Shown here: piece by piece, positions 1 to 13,759 of the stretch
How the letters are laid out: each line of letters opens with the position of its first letter
How positions within the stretch are numbered: position 1 is the stretch's first letter
From: Camelus dromedarius
Taxonomy: Eukaryota
Direction: 5' to 3'
DNA: 64,000 nt
NCBI RefSeq assembly: GCF_036321535.1
Contig: NC_087445.1
Location: 4,526,001 to 4,590,000 of the forward strand
The notes under the pieces: model-generated
Seen by the model: only the letters and a program-made list of their open reading frames with translations
The model's database searches: none
What the model was told of the DNA's origin: nothing
Position numbers and translations under genes: made by a program

Positions 1-295
1 GACCCATAGCAAGAATTCAACTTTCAAGTTCCTCAATGTTTGAGTGAAGAAAGATGTCAAATCTAAGAGCTACATGGCAGATTTTTTAAAGGAGAAGAAA
101 CCAAGTCCAAGAAAGAAGAAATAAAGTAAACAAAAATTACAGTTCACATCTTGGCACATCAAAGATATTTCCTACAGATTCTCCACTTTAATAAAGGACA
201 AAAGTAGGCTTGGTATGGAATTTCATGTGGGTTACCCAGACAGTAACCTGGACAAAGTCAATGAACAAAACTTTACTGGGGAGAAATGGATTGAG

Positions 296-433
296 AGAGA
301 GAGTTATTATTTAATGGGTATAGGGATTTAGTTGTGTAAAATGAAGTTCTGGAGAAAGACAGTGGTGATGGTTGCATAACAATATGAATGAACTTAGTAC
401 CACTGAACCGAACACTTAAAATGGTTTAAAATG
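296..433 (+). mobile_element. L1M (L1MB/MC-like) 3' end fragment
   Basis: Resembles the L1 3'UTR consensus (ttaatgggta..gttctggaga..gtggtgatggttgcataacaat..cactgaac..acacttaaaatgg). Confidence 0.65.
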
Positions 434-948
434 TGATACACACACATAAACATATAATGGAATATTATTCAGCCATAAAAAAGAATAAAATCCTGCCATT
501 TATAATAACATGGATGGATCCTGAGGGCATTATGCTAAGTCAAATAAGTCTGACAGAGAGAGACAAATACTGTATGATCTCACTTACATGTGAAATGTTA
601 AAAAAAAAATCAAAGCAAAACTGAACTCACAGATACAGAGAACAGATTGGTGGTTGACAGAGGCAGGTTGTGGGGGTGAGCAAAATGGGTGAAAGTGATC
701 AAAAGGTACAAATGTTCAACATGTACAGCATGGTGACTATAGTTAATAAGAATGTAATATATTTTAAAGTTGCTAAGAGAGCAGATCTTAAAAGTTCTTA
801 TCACAAGGAAAAAAAAAGTGTAATTCTGTGAGGTGATGCATGTTAACTAGACATTGTTCTGATCATTTTGTAATATATACAAATACCAAATCATTATGTT
901 GTACATCTGAAACTAATGTGAAGTTACATGTCAATTATATCTCAGTTA
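434..948 (+). mobile_element. L1MA-type 3' end
   Basis: ggaatattattcagccataaaaaagaat..acatggatgga..tatgctaagt..tgtatgatctcactta..aaagttgctaagagagcagatctt..gtacatctgaaactaat. Confidence 0.8.
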
Positions 949-954
949 AGATGG

Positions 955-1335
955 TCTGTGGCTGCTTCTACCCTACAACCACAAAAATACCATATACCGG
1001 GGTGGCTTACACAACAGAAATTTATTTTCTCATAGTCTTGGAGGCTAGAAGTCCAAAATTAAGGTGCCAGTAGGGTCAGTTTCTGGCGAGAGCTCTCTTC
1101 TTAACCCATAGACAGCTGCCTTCTTGCTGTATGTCCACATGGCCTTTGCTCAGTAGAGAAAAAGAGATCTGGTATCTTCCTATAAGGGCACTAATCTCAT
1201 TGGACAAAGACCCCACCCTCATGACCTCATCTAACCTAATTAGTTCCCCAAGGTCCAGTCTACAAATACCATCACATTGGGGGTTAGGACTTCAACATAT
1301 GAATTTGAGGGGACACAAACATTTGATATATAACA
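955..1335 (-). mobile_element. MLT1 (ERVL-MaLR) solo LTR
   Basis: Typical MLT1 text: ggtggcttacacaacagaaatttattttctcatagtcttggaggctagaagtccaa..cacattgggggttaggacttcaacatatgaatttgagggg. Confidence 0.8.
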
Positions 1336-2754
1336 GGCAGTAACTTTTTTTAATGAAAACCAGTCTTTCAACTAAGTTGTATTTAATCAGTTAGGATTTT
1401 TTTTTTCAACCCATTCTCTTAAGAACCACAACAAAACACTTTCCAGAGTCAGCATATGAAGTATTGAGTGTCACTTCGTCTCTCAATTAATAGTAGGTCT
1501 GTTATTAAATGTCGGAGCAAAGGAGAAAGAATCATACATACTCATTTAGCTCCCACAGTGCATATAGCACTTGAGAGATTAAACTTGGAAGTCAAACCAA
1601 CCTTCTTTAATGGTTTTTCATTTTTGTCCCCTCCCATCTCACTCTAGCCCCACAGTGTAGTTCTCTGTATTCTTCATCAATAGGTAAATCACAGGAGATA
1701 GACAACCTAACTGAAACAACTATATAATCAGATGACAGGCAGTATGTGATGTTTTCCTCTTCTGATCCAAACAGAAACACCTACTCTTGAAATTGTGTTC
1801 ATCTGATTGTCTTCTAGACTGGCAAAGCCCATCCATCTCTTACAGCAATTTGGAGAAAATGGATTAAAAATCTGAGCAGGAGATATAGGGGACTTGTGTC
1901 TGGACTGTACACCATTTCTAAATTCTCATCTCAAGAACAAACGTAGACCAGATGGGAATAATTTAAACTGTTTAAACTGTTTATTTATAGCATACTTTAA
2001 AATAGGGAGCCAGCTGGAAAGACAGCAGCTTGAAGCTGGCGTGTCCCCCAGTGTCCCTTTCTGAAGCAGTGTAACAACTTGAGCAACAGAGCAACATGAA
2101 TTGCTCTATCAATTCCTACCCCCTAACCCAGTAACCCTGCTGTGAGTAATGAAGATCTATAAAGTGGTGCTTTGACTGCCGGTTATTGGTAGTGGTTTAA
2201 GTGCTGTGGCATAAAGAGCTAACCTAAGATACAAGGCGTTGTATTTGGTATCATAGACAGAAGTTGCTTTTTTTTAATCTACTCCAATAAGAAGATATCT
2301 AAGTTCATTGTTCGCCTAACACACCCAAGACAAAATGAGCATCACTAGATTCTGAGTACAATGGGCCTTTATGAAAGGTTTAATAAGCTTCCTGATGAAT
2401 CATTACATTAGCTGTTACATTTTACAATTATCATCAATTTTCACAATAAACACTGTTTTATGACTTATGTAGTTATCTAAACGGTGTTCCTAAAACTTCT
2501 GAAATAACTAAACTCTGTAGTCTCTATATGTGTAGAAAAGTTTATTAGCACTAGGAAAATTCTTGCCCTTTTCTCCTTATGTGTCAGGAACTTGAGAACA
2601 AAACTGAAATGCACTTGTTTTTCAGCTTCTTAGCCTTGAGAATCAAGCTAGCAAGAACCTTACTGTTTAATGCTTAACTTTCATTCTTAAAAGGGAAATT
2701 CATATTTCTCATCTCCTATTTTCCCTAAGACAAGAAACAGGTATGCATTTCTTG

Positions 2755-3235
2755 TATAATGTCTATCAACTGGCTGAATAAATTGTGATACCTAAATAAT
2801 ATGAAATATTGCAGTTTTCTTTTTTAAAGTGAATTTGGATCTACAACTATCACCCCACAAGGAATCCTACATTGTGTAAAGTGAGAAAAGAAATTTGCTA
2901 GACTTCTTCAGCAAAGAAAAATGAAAGCATAGGTCAAAAGAAAAAATCCAATATAATACATATACAGAACTTCTATATTATAATCCTAGTTTAAAAAAAA
3001 ACTAAAAATAACCTCCATGTAGGTATATGAATATATGTGTTGTATGTGTATCTTTGTATGGACAAAAAAAAGGAGTGGAAAAACATTTATTCTAGGTTAT
3101 TAACATCTGGTTACCACAGATGGAGTTGGGGGTGAGAGGATAGCATGAAATTTTTCTTTATAAATTTTTACATTGTCTAAGTAGTTATAATGATCATAAA
3201 TTAACATTGTAAATAACAATGACAAAAAGATATAA
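2755..3235 (+). mobile_element. Old L1 (L1ME-like) 3' fragment
   Basis: Degenerate L1 3' motifs (aatgtctatcaac..ctgaataaattgtg; ctggttacc). Confidence 0.4.
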
Positions 3236-4261
3236 AAGTAAGTAAGTCTGAGCTAACTCAAAGTGTCCCATTGTCCCTGTGTTGCCCACTTTGTAAGGTT
3301 TCCAGCATCCCCTCACAGACTTGTCTGGATCTGTTGTTCTGGATCACCACTCCAACTCCCAGCTGGGATAGAAGATTTCTCATACCCTCTCCACAAAAAG
3401 AGCCCAAATCACAATCACACACCTCTGATCAAAGGGCTTCATCTTGCCTTAATTCCCTCTCTGGACCAATTCCCATAAAGTGTGCAATCCCAGATAGCTC
3501 AGGATGTGCCTCAGGGGATCCAGAAAACATCCCCATCAACCTCCGTCCTACATAGGCCAACACTAGCTCCCTAAGAAAAGTGTGGTGAGGGGCAAGCTGA
3601 ACCCCACAGCTGGGTTACAGAAACCATGGAAAGAAGGATCACCCCACCCAACACATAACTGTTATGAAAGGTGGCTTGGAATAAACATGATGGCCTGGCT
3701 CAGGCTCCATTTATTCATTAAAATGAGCTCTTACATCTGATAAGCAAGGCCTACATTCTTAACTCGCTCTATCCCTCTAACACTACAGGCTGGAAAGTGC
3801 TTGCTAACTGACTACTTCTTCTCTTTGGCCAGGAGATGCTGGCTTGAGCTTTTGCTTCAACTTTCCATGGACAGCAAACATCCTGAGCTCTTTCTCTGCT
3901 GGGAAAAGGGTGATGTTGGCTTTGATTTCCTGCCCCACAATCAGTGCCAATTTCCAAGAAAATGCGTGAATATTCACAAATGACAAACAAATTCAGGCGT
4001 ATGTGAAATCCTCACCCATGTGTGGTTCATACTTTCCTCCACGCTGCGAATAGGAGCTGTCAAAAACAAATTAAGTAATTACGGAGTGTTGCTGCAGCTG
4101 TGTGTATCCTTCATTACGTTATATGACTGTGGTTAAGGGATGGCTCTCTCCTGCCTAGTTTTTAAAATATTTATAGTGGAAGGTGGGTTGTCAGGGCATG
4201 TTCCACTGTTGCCAGAAAAAACAAAAAGTAAATGAAAATGACGTTGGTGGCGTGGCATGAC

Positions 4262-4292
<31 letters not shown>
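4262..4292. repeat. (TG)n microsatellite
   Basis: About 15 TG units with one interruption. Confidence 0.9.
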
Positions 4293-5854
4293 CCACACGT
4301 GTGCATGTACAGTAAATGTTCTGCTATGCTGTAAAAGTTATTTTAGTTACTTGCTTTTTTTGTAATTAGTAAAAAAAAAAAAAAAGAGCCATAAAAAAAT
4401 AGAACAGAGTGTCTGTCAATTCTCCAAAGACTCATTAAATAAAATATCCTTAGTACAAACAGTAGGATTTACTGACCACAGTCTACCATTTCTTTTAAAA
4501 ATTAGCACTCTCCACTGATAAACAATATATAAATAACAGGTGCTTATCCAAGAAAACAACATCTTTAAGACCTAATGATCCTGCAAGGTGAGTTGTTAGT
4601 TCCATTTTATTGTTTGAAATACGTGTCGAGAAGAATAAAAAGTAAAAAGGAATGAAAAATGATTTATTATTCTAAAATGTCTTGCTTTAAAAATCCTATA
4701 TTAGCCTTTCGATACAGATATCCTCCAAGTCCTTAATTTCAGCACTCTAAATTAATAAGGATGAGAGAAGAAAATTATCATTTAAAAGTTTATGCCTACT
4801 TTCTTAGGAAAAGTCCACCATCTAGAGAGGGTTAATTTTCAACAAATTGGTTTTTCACAACTATAAGAATACATTCATTTAATGTAAATGCCAGGCAAAA
4901 GGCATCTGGATAAAAGAGTTGTTATATATGTATTATGGATTAAATTTATATCAAACTTTGAAGATAATACAGCTTATTTTAAAATATATCACATTAAGAA
5001 TGTTAAAGCCTCAACTGGAAGCAACAAAAAAGGTCAAGATAGAATAAAAGATAACGAACATAAAGAGAAACTAAGAAACAGGTCAAATTAAATGAGCAAA
5101 ATGAAGCAAAACAAAAAAATTAACACACGGCCATGCTAGGAAAAATTAGAAAATTCCCATGTTCCAGACAAACAGAAATCAAAGCCAGAGCAAAAACAGG
5201 ACCCAAGAGCAGTTTCAACCTCAATCACAGACTACAGAGGCTCAGGATTAATGCCTCCGTGAGGACACGAGATAGAATGTCTACAGAGGGGAAAAGCTAT
5301 AGTTGGACATCCCTATGTAAAGCAGCCTTGAAGAACTATCTCCTCCATGAAAAGACAAGTAATTCCTCCCACTTGATTGTAAAAGCAATTCAAAAGCTTG
5401 CAACCTCTCTAGGGTCTTGGGTGAAAAACAAATCAACTGTAAGAAATCAAAACTCCAGATACCCACTGCACATAGGTGTAGGGTTTAAACGTGTAACACC
5501 CACGCGATTAAGGCATCACAAACCATGCAGTTGGCACTGATACAAAAATTGTTGCTATAAAAAGCACTCTTAGCATCCTAGAAAGTGTGAAACCACTCTT
5601 TGGGGAACTTTAAAAATAAGGGCTTAAGAAAATCCCAGGAGGGCAGGGGCAGGGTGAGGGTCAGCATAGCTGAAAATCATTTATAAATCCAATGAGAAAT
5701 CAAGACATTATGGAGGAGATTCAAAAATGCATCAACAGAAAAATCAGCACTCCAAAAATATAGATTATATAAAGTATGAAAGAGACTACAAACAAGCTTA
5801 TTTAAAATTAACAAAGAGATAATGAAGGAACAAAAACCATAAGGAAATAGACAA

Positions 5855-5979
5855 GATCTTGTGGTAGCTCACAGTGAAAAAAAAAATGTGACAATGAATA
5901 TATGTATGTTCATGCATAACTGAAAAATTGTGCTCCACACTGAAATTTGACACAACATTGCAAAATGACTTTAACTCAA

Positions 5980-6010
<31 letters not shown>
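5855..6010 (+). mobile_element. 5'-truncated lineage-specific L1 3' tip with (AAAT)n tail
   Basis: gatcttgtggtagctcacagtgaaaaa..atgaatatatgtatgttcatgcataactgaaaaattgtgc..acaacattgcaaaatgactttaactcaataaataaataa. Confidence 0.7.
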
Positions 6011-6415
6011 GGAAAGATTAGACAAAGATTAGACACAGAAAATGAACAGGCCAACTTAAAAAAAAAGCCAAATAGAACTTCTAGAAAAAAAGGACAAACT
6101 CACTGAAGTTAAAAACAAATAAAAATATCCACATCCAGATATGTTATAGAAAAACCTTCAAAACTTCAGTAACAAAGGAATGAAAAAGTAAAGACAAATT
6201 ATCTATAAATAAATGGCAATAAGACTGACAGTGGACTTCTCATGACCCACGATGATTCCAGAAGACAGTGAAATATCTTTAAGCAATGAGGGGAAATAAC
6301 CTAGGTAGAGGGTACATATAGCTAAAGTATATAGAAGTGATAGTAAAATGAAAATATTTTTAGATTTTTAGATCAAAAACATTTACTACCCATACTTCCT
6401 TCCTGGAATAACTAT

Positions 6416-6490
6416 TAGGTTGAACCATATGAAATGTCTATTTGGCCGTTTTTGATGCACAAAAATGACAATTTCATATGATTCAAACTA
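6416..6490. mobile_element. MADE2 mariner MITE
   Basis: 75 bp with 20-bp TIRs: TAGGTTGAACCATATGAAAT vs revcomp TAGTTTGAATCATATGAAAT (18/20). Confidence 0.85.
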
Positions 6491-7074
6491 AAACTAAAAG
6501 ACAAATGTGCTTCAAGAAGAAGAAAAGTGAAGCAATAAATAAGCACTGACAAACAAATAAGAACATTATTTTAAGAATAATAAAATAATCGGTGGAATGT
6601 GGAATGGGAGGAGAGAGCTAATATGTATCTGAGGGTATGAGTATAGAGCTATTAATTAATATTAAATCATGTTAAGTCATGTGTTGATGTTAAACTTTAA
6701 AGATTGACTATTAAAAGACCAGACATTAAAATATAGAACTTCCAAATCGCTGGTTGGAGTAGGGGCTGGGAATAAAGAAAACTCAGTTTTTCCAAGACAA
6801 GTTAGGAAAGCAAAAAATGAAAGCAAAAAAAGGGCGGCATGAGAAAAAGAAACGCAAATTAAGATGATTAAAATGAGTTCAATGTGCTATTAGTCAAAGT
6901 GACTGTAAATGAAATAAATGTGCCTGCAACAGGGAAGATTCTCAGACAAGATTTTAAAGAACAGACAAAAAACAAACCAGCGATATGCTTTCTATAAACA
7001 TATCTATAAGGGCTCGAAAAGGTCAAAAGTAAATTAATGAAAGGATAAAAGAGGATATACAGGCAAATACTAAG

Positions 7075-7200
7075 AAGGAAGAGGAGGATGAGGATGAGGA
7101 AGTGGGGGGGAGACAGAAAGAGAAGGGAGGAGGAGGAGGATGAAGGGCAAGGAAAGAAAGGAGGGAGGGAGGGAGGGATTGGGGAGAGAGGGCAGGAAGA
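7075..7200. repeat. Purine-rich (GAG/GGA/GGGA)n low-complexity tract
   Basis: Almost purely A/G; includes GGGAGGGAGGGAGGG at 7163-7177. Confidence 0.85.
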
Positions 7201-7474
7201 AACCAGTATAGCAATATTTGACAGAGACTTTGTCAAAAAAATTATTTCAAATTAAGAGGGTCGTTATTTAATGATTAAAAAGAACAAGACATCAGGAAAA
7301 TATACTTGCTTTAAATCTGTATGCACCTAACCCGATAGCCACAAAACATATTAAATAAACAGTTTTGAAGAAATATTGACTGAAATTAAGACTACATTCG
7401 ATTTCATCTATTTACTAAAATATTTTTCCACTATTAATTAATTCCTAATTAAATATTTACTTGTTCCTTGACAA

Positions 7475-7570
7475 AAATGTTTGTGACTATTATGTCCCAA
7501 ACTAGAAATTAATGATGAACAAACCAAAGTCCCTGTCCTCATGAAGCTTACATTCCAGGGGGCAGAATAC
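7475..7570 (-). mobile_element. L2 fragment
   Basis: gaacaaaccaaagtccctgtcctcatgaagcttacattccaggggg resembles the antisense L2 3' end. Confidence 0.5.
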
Positions 7571-8999
7571 GTGTATTTCAAAATAAATTTTGGAAATTAA
7601 ACAAATCAGTTTTGAAAACAAATGGCTTATATGTGAGAAATTATACTAATATCTAAAATAATATGCAGTACTCAAATTACTTATTCAGTCCTATTGCCCA
7701 TTGTCTAAATGGTTCTCTGATAATAAATTAGACATTGTTAAGAGATTTGTTAATGCTTTAAGAGCTCCACTTTGTTCAATGAGTTTCATATGTTTGTTCA
7801 CATACATATTTACTTCTTACTTTTATTGAACACGATTACAGTGCTGATACCCCACAAGGTGAAAGAATAAAAGACAATAAGAATTATCTAATGTGAACTA
7901 TACAAAGCATTAAAAGAATAAGAGGTTACTGCTGAAGTTATGCTTGTGGCAAACTAATAATGGTTATAAAAATAGTGATTTCATTATTGGCTTGTTATAT
8001 GTGAAATCTAGCTGAAAACCCACCACAGTTCCATGATTTAGGAAATACAAATAGCAACACAGCACTTTAGGACACGTTCATCATTTGCTTTATTCTCCTA
8101 ATGTAAAAGGCATAGATTCCCTTACAGTTCCTCTTTGTCCATACATCTGTGTCTCCACTGAATCATGTATTAAGATGATATAAGGATGTTAAAAACTTAA
8201 ATCTTCATGACGTGTATCTCTTTTCATTAACTGCCAAAGTATACATTACATATTCCAAAAGAACAAACTACAACATAATTTTTTCAGATGTGGTCAAAAC
8301 ATAGTTGGCACAAGCTACCAAAAGAAATGTAGTCAAGTGGCAAGCGATATTTAATTTACATCCTGAAATAGTTACAGAAACTATCAAGCATTGATGATGA
8401 ATGATAAGACTGCACTTACAAATCATTTCTTCTATAAATAATATACACAGTTTTAGCCAGTATAAACACAATTCTAACAATGAGAATTTTTAAAAGTCCT
8501 GAGATTACATCTGGTTCCCCAAAGAAGTCAACTTGATACTAAAAAAAAAAAAAAAAGTTTCCAAATGCTTAGAAAGCTTACCTAGAATAGAAATAAAAGT
8601 TCTGAATTGACTTGATATTTGGGAAGCCCCATTTTGCTGTATGGATGACAACACATTATCTCTGGACTAGTACACCTAAACTAGTGATCATTTCTAAAAG
8701 TTATGTTTCCTCATCAACAGACACAGTCAAGTAACTGTGAGTTATATCCGGGAATCGATGTCCCCAGAAGTTCCAGCATTTGATTGGAAGAAGCTTTCCT
8801 TTGGATTTAAGTTTCTGATAACCACGCCTTGAAATGACTCATGAGGCTTTTGCCCATTTTATTCAGCCAAGTCCACCCACAATCTCTGTGCATATGTTAC
8901 TTAACTGGCCCCAATTCTGAGGACAGAAATGCCAGATCTGTCGTTACCTGAAGTTTTCTGCACATGCCGAGAGTCACTGAGTTTCAACTTTCATGTCTG

Positions 9000-10510
9000 C
9001 AAGGAGGAAGGCAGTGCAGAAAAAGATAGGGAGTAAAGCCCAGGTCCTGCCAAGGTGGAGAACGTGACAGAAGATCTCTGCATAAAGCTGAGGCCCACAC
9101 AGGGTAATACCTCCTAAGTGAGAGTGATAAAGAACTCAACTCCATCACAAGGAAGAGGATGGCATGTAAACCTGCCTACCCCATCCTTGAAGCTGAAGAG
9201 AAGGGAGAGAAGGGGAAATCGCTCTTGGGGATCAGTACTCAACCAGGTGGCCCTCACTAGGGTTTGCAGTACCAATTCTTAGTGTTTAGACAGTACAGAG
9301 AATCTTAAAGTAGAGAGGTTAGCTTAAAGTAGCTGCAGAAGGAATTATTAGAGAGAATAAAGAAGAAATTATATTTAAAGACATAATGGATGAGACTTCA
9401 GAATTGCTAAAAGATAACAGTCTTTGGATCATGGGGCTCAATGAAACCAAAGCATATATCACACATATAACAGTGAAACTGAAGAATGTCAGAGATGAAA
9501 AGAATTTTAAAAACCAGCCAGAGAGAGAAGATAGATAATCTACAGAGAAATGGCAGTAGGACTGACGGCTGCCTTCTTGATATCCATCCACTGGAAGCCA
9601 AAAGATGATACTGAATGAAAGAAAATGACAGCAACCTGGAACTCTAGTTCCAGCAAATGATCTTTTCAAATAATAATGGTAGACTCCAGGTGGTTAGTAC
9701 ATGGGTAGTCACTATAACATTCTTTCAACTTTGCTATATGTTTGAAAATCTTCATAATAAAATACTGGGAAAATACTTTTCAAGAATGAGGTGCAATAAG
9801 GACATTTTCAGATAAACTAAAACATTGTAAGGACTACTCTTCAGGCAAGAGGATTATCCAAGATCAAAAGGACTGGATGTTAAAAAATGCTGAGCAGAGA
9901 TACTTTAGTAGTAAATAGGCAAATAAATATAAAGAAATTCACTGTCTGAAATAACAACACTCTGGTTTGTGGCAGAAAACACTCTGGAGATAAACTATAA
10001 CTGCAATAGTGTATAAAGGGGAAGGAGGTGAATATTTTAAGCATTCTAAGGCTTATTTTTTCAGAGAACAATAAGGAGACTGATTAGCTTAAACTTTGAT
10101 AAGTATATACATTAAATTCGCTTTGACAGGACTTAAAGATAGAATATAACTTCCAAACAAAAATAGAATTAGAAAAAAAGTAAAAACAAACAAAAGCTAA
10201 ATCCAAAGGATATCAAGAAAGAAGAATTTTTTTTAAAAGGAAAGGGGGAAGACTAGAAAAAAATGAGACAAAAAGAAAATCTATAACAAAACTAAATGGA
10301 CTAAATAAAAACAATGAAAGTAAAACTAAGTTTTTTTTAAAAAAATCAGAAGCCAGGTTATGCAGTCTGTAAGTGATGAGCCTAAAATCAAAGGACACAT
10401 GATTGATAAACATGGGGAAACATATACAAAGTATACATACAACAAGCAAGAGCTGTAACAGTTAAATAAATATCGGACAAAGCAGTCACGAAGGCAGTAA
10501 GACTGCTGTT
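9000..10510 (+). mobile_element. Old L1M 5'/ORF1 remnants with an embedded L1 3' fragment (~9670-9780)
   Basis: ORF1-like text (gaagaaattatatttaaagacataatggatgagac..agccagagagagaag..ggaagccaaaaga). Confidence 0.5.
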
Positions 10511-13174
10511 TCTCAGAGCAGAATGATGAACTGAACTTCCCTCACCAAACTTTGAAACTCTCAGTTCAACAGTAATGGCTCTTCAGACACGGTAAGTTCA
10601 TTTTTTTAACTTCACTCTCTGTAACCCCTTCTACCTTCGTTTCCTGCGGACATAAAACACACCTGGAATCCTCACAAAACCTGGTCCCTCATTCTGAATT
10701 CTTGATCTCAGTTCTTCCACTTCTATTATAATAGCCTTACCCTCTGGCTTTCTGCCTTTCTCCAAACCTATTCCATTTCCCCACAGCCTCAAAACTCAAC
10801 GTTTTTCCATCTCACCCTGGTGTTGGGGAGTAGACAGATCCAGTTCCCTTCTTGACCTCTGAAACAATTGTAAAACAAGGTCAAAACAGATGGGATGTTT
10901 TATCCTCAAAGGGTAAAACTGCCCTTCCCAAATTCTTATATTTAAGACCTTTTTGAATACATGGCCAGAGACATTGTACTGATTTTGTCACCATAGCTAT
11001 ACTTTGAGAATGGCCAACAGTTCGTCTATCTCACAAAGCATGTCACATGAGAGTGATTAGTGACTAACTGAGCAATGGACTGGAATTCTCCTCCCAAGCA
11101 TACTGACCTGAAACAAGCACAGGGCAGCTTCTGACCTGTTAGGAAAGAAATGGGGGAGGGGGTGGGGGCTAAAGGTGACAGTGAGAAAGAGCCAAAGAGA
11201 ACAAGAAGAAAACAGAGTTTACTTACTTTTTAACCTGGATTGACCCTGAAAATGTTAACATATTATTGGAGTTGGACACTTACCAAAACCTCTCAAACGA
11301 AAGGAGAAAAATAAGTTGATCCCCAAAAGTACAAATCCCTTTTTCTTTTTTCAAAAGGGTGGAGGGCAGAATATTGGTTAGTATTGACTTCTATATTTTT
11401 TTCCTCTAAAACACTTTTAGCCAAGTGAGAAAGGCTTTGACTCTTACATAGAAGACCAAGATCCTAGGTCAAAAGAGCTTCTTTCCAGCCACAAGTATTA
11501 ATTTACCTTCTAGCTGGAGACAGAAGGCATAAACAAGAAAAATGCTAAGTTAAAAGGAGAGATTTAAACACCTGCTCGAGAAATACAAGAGATATCACAA
11601 GACCAAAAGTGAATCGAAAGAATTGTATCCCAAAGAATTGCTTAAAAAGATGGGCTGATAATATTACCATAGCATTCATTTCAATGCCAAAAGGTAAGTG
11701 AAGGCAAAGAAAAGAGCCCACATAAGCCCCTCTGAATATGTAACTAGAAACATAGGGAGAATCTGATGGAGAAGGAAAGAAAGAGCAAAATGTTGCATAA
11801 ACAGACAGTTGCAAAAGGAGGTGAGCTGTCAAGGAGGGGCTGCTCCCTCATTTGCTCAGCCCATCGCCCTGTTGCTAGAGAAGAATAACACTGTGGGGGT
11901 GAGTCAGGCAAGATAGGGGAGAACAGGAGGCATCCTATCTCTGCTAAGTCAGCTGTGGAGATGATGCAGCACAGACATTGGAGACCCATGGAATGGGAGC
12001 TGATGAGACAGGAAGGAAGAATGCATCCCAGCTCCACTCTGCAGCCACATCAAAGATTTCAAGGATTAGCGAAAATGCCCAACCTATTACGCAAGCAATC
12101 CTGGATGCCCAGAATCTAATCCAGTTGATGAGTTTACTTAGGTCAGTTTTTTTGTGGAATTGGTACAAAATGTTCAAATGACTTTTCACCAGGAAAGCAA
12201 AACAAACAAACAAACAAAAAAACCCGTCTTTATACAGCACCCTCATCAACATTCTCCAGTGGTAATAAAGGAACTCTGTAACTCTGCTAATTCCTTAACA
12301 CAAAATCATGATTGTCAAAGATCAAATCACAGTCCCAGACTCCTTTCTCTCTAGATGAAATCTAGGCAATTTGAGTAATATCCAGCCTATGCACTTATTG
12401 TCAATCCTAGAAATCAAAGGATAGGTGCACTGCTCCCCCTACTGGCTTTGCAACTGCAGTAAAAGATGAATTTAACCTCAGAACTCTCAATCTTTTAACT
12501 AGTTCCTTTCTCCAGTGACCAAGAAATAGAAGGACGATGCAAATTTCTTAAAGTAAACCCTATCCAAAGATTTACAGAACCTTTAGCAAATACTACATTA
12601 AAGAGTTAACATAAACATGTTTAACCCCTTAAAAATAAATTTTGTTCATTTATTTTTGCGGATATTTGCTGGAACTACTGAAATTTTCTGATGTTGATGA
12701 CCCTGGAGAGTCAAGGACTAGAAAGGGAACTTAAGAAAGGAAAACAATAGTAAGGCCATTTCAGATTTCCAGGCAATGTTCCCATGCATCTCCTATTATC
12801 TCCCCTCTCAAAACCTGCAGAAACTTTGCCACCCCATTCTTCCAACACTGAAATATACAAGTATATACAGTGTCTACCTTTAATTTCTCTGAACTACCAG
12901 AAAAGACTATGGATGTACAGAATTTTTTTAAGTAAAAGTGGAAATCTTGTGATGTCCCTGATTCTTGAAAACTCATAGGCATAACAGCAGTGGTTTAAAG
13001 ATGCCGGCAATTTAATTCCCCTCATGGAAGCCAACTGTTACTCAGATGGCTTAATGGCTACTTCCCACTGTATTGATTACCTAGCTGGTAGTCCAAAGTA
13101 GATGTTTCAGACTGTATCTCCTCTCTTCCAAGGTTGAAATATACTCCTGACTGGTATTCAACCAAACTCACTCA

Positions 13175-13290
13175 TTTGGTCATCTGGTAAATATTTACTA
13201 AGCACTTACAATCTGTCAGGCAACATTCTAGGTGCCATGGACTTGTGAACAGGTGGCCTCAGCCCCTGTTTCATTGAAAAGACAAAGGCC
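13175..13290 (-). mobile_element. L2 fragment
   Basis: aaatatttactaagcacttacaatctgtcaggcaacattctaggtgc. Confidence 0.5.
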
Positions 13291-13759
13291 AGCTTAGTGA
13301 GTTCCCATTCATTCTCCTTACATCTCAACAACTTTGTACACCTCCACATATACTAGGTCAAATTCCAACTCTGAATTTGTCCTTGACCAACTTGGGCCAT
13401 GAGTCTCACACCAACTCTAATTTTTCTGACATGTCTGTCATTAAGCCACTACACATTTCCTATCTAAACATGTGTTGGTGTAAAACTGTACACCAACAAA
13501 TTAGATGTCACTCATGTCTGTTATTGCCTTGAATTAGTATTCAAAGATTTCACTGCCATCTGACTTTTCACATATGTCTGTGTTTTCTCCTCAACTAAAT
13601 TAAAAGTTCTTTGAAACAAGAAACACATGGCCTGACATAGAATTACATAAAAAGTCTTAAAAGGATATTAAAATAAAACATAATTAACAACTCATCTTTT
13701 TTGAAAAGAATAATATTATATTAAATATAGCCTATCAGCAAAGTTTTATATACTATGAA

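Larger units (their letters stand above)
5690..7375 (+). mobile_element. Degenerate L1ME-like ORF1/ORF2-endonuclease remnants with nested insertions
   Basis: A-rich L1 ORF1-like text; the endonuclease region is recognisable at 6950-7370 (gagggtcgttatttaatgattaaaaag..ctgtatgcacctaac). Confidence 0.55.

Noticed and set aside
5133-5540. 135-aa ORF
   Set aside because: No recognisable homology or splice context; it lies just 5' of degenerate L1 remnants and is probably a chance ORF.
5835-6035. TSD for the short L1 tip at 5855-6010
   Set aside because: The flanks (aaggaaatagacaa vs aaggaaagattagacaa) match only with a gap, and a nearby 11-bp tandem duplication confuses the boundary; not claimed.
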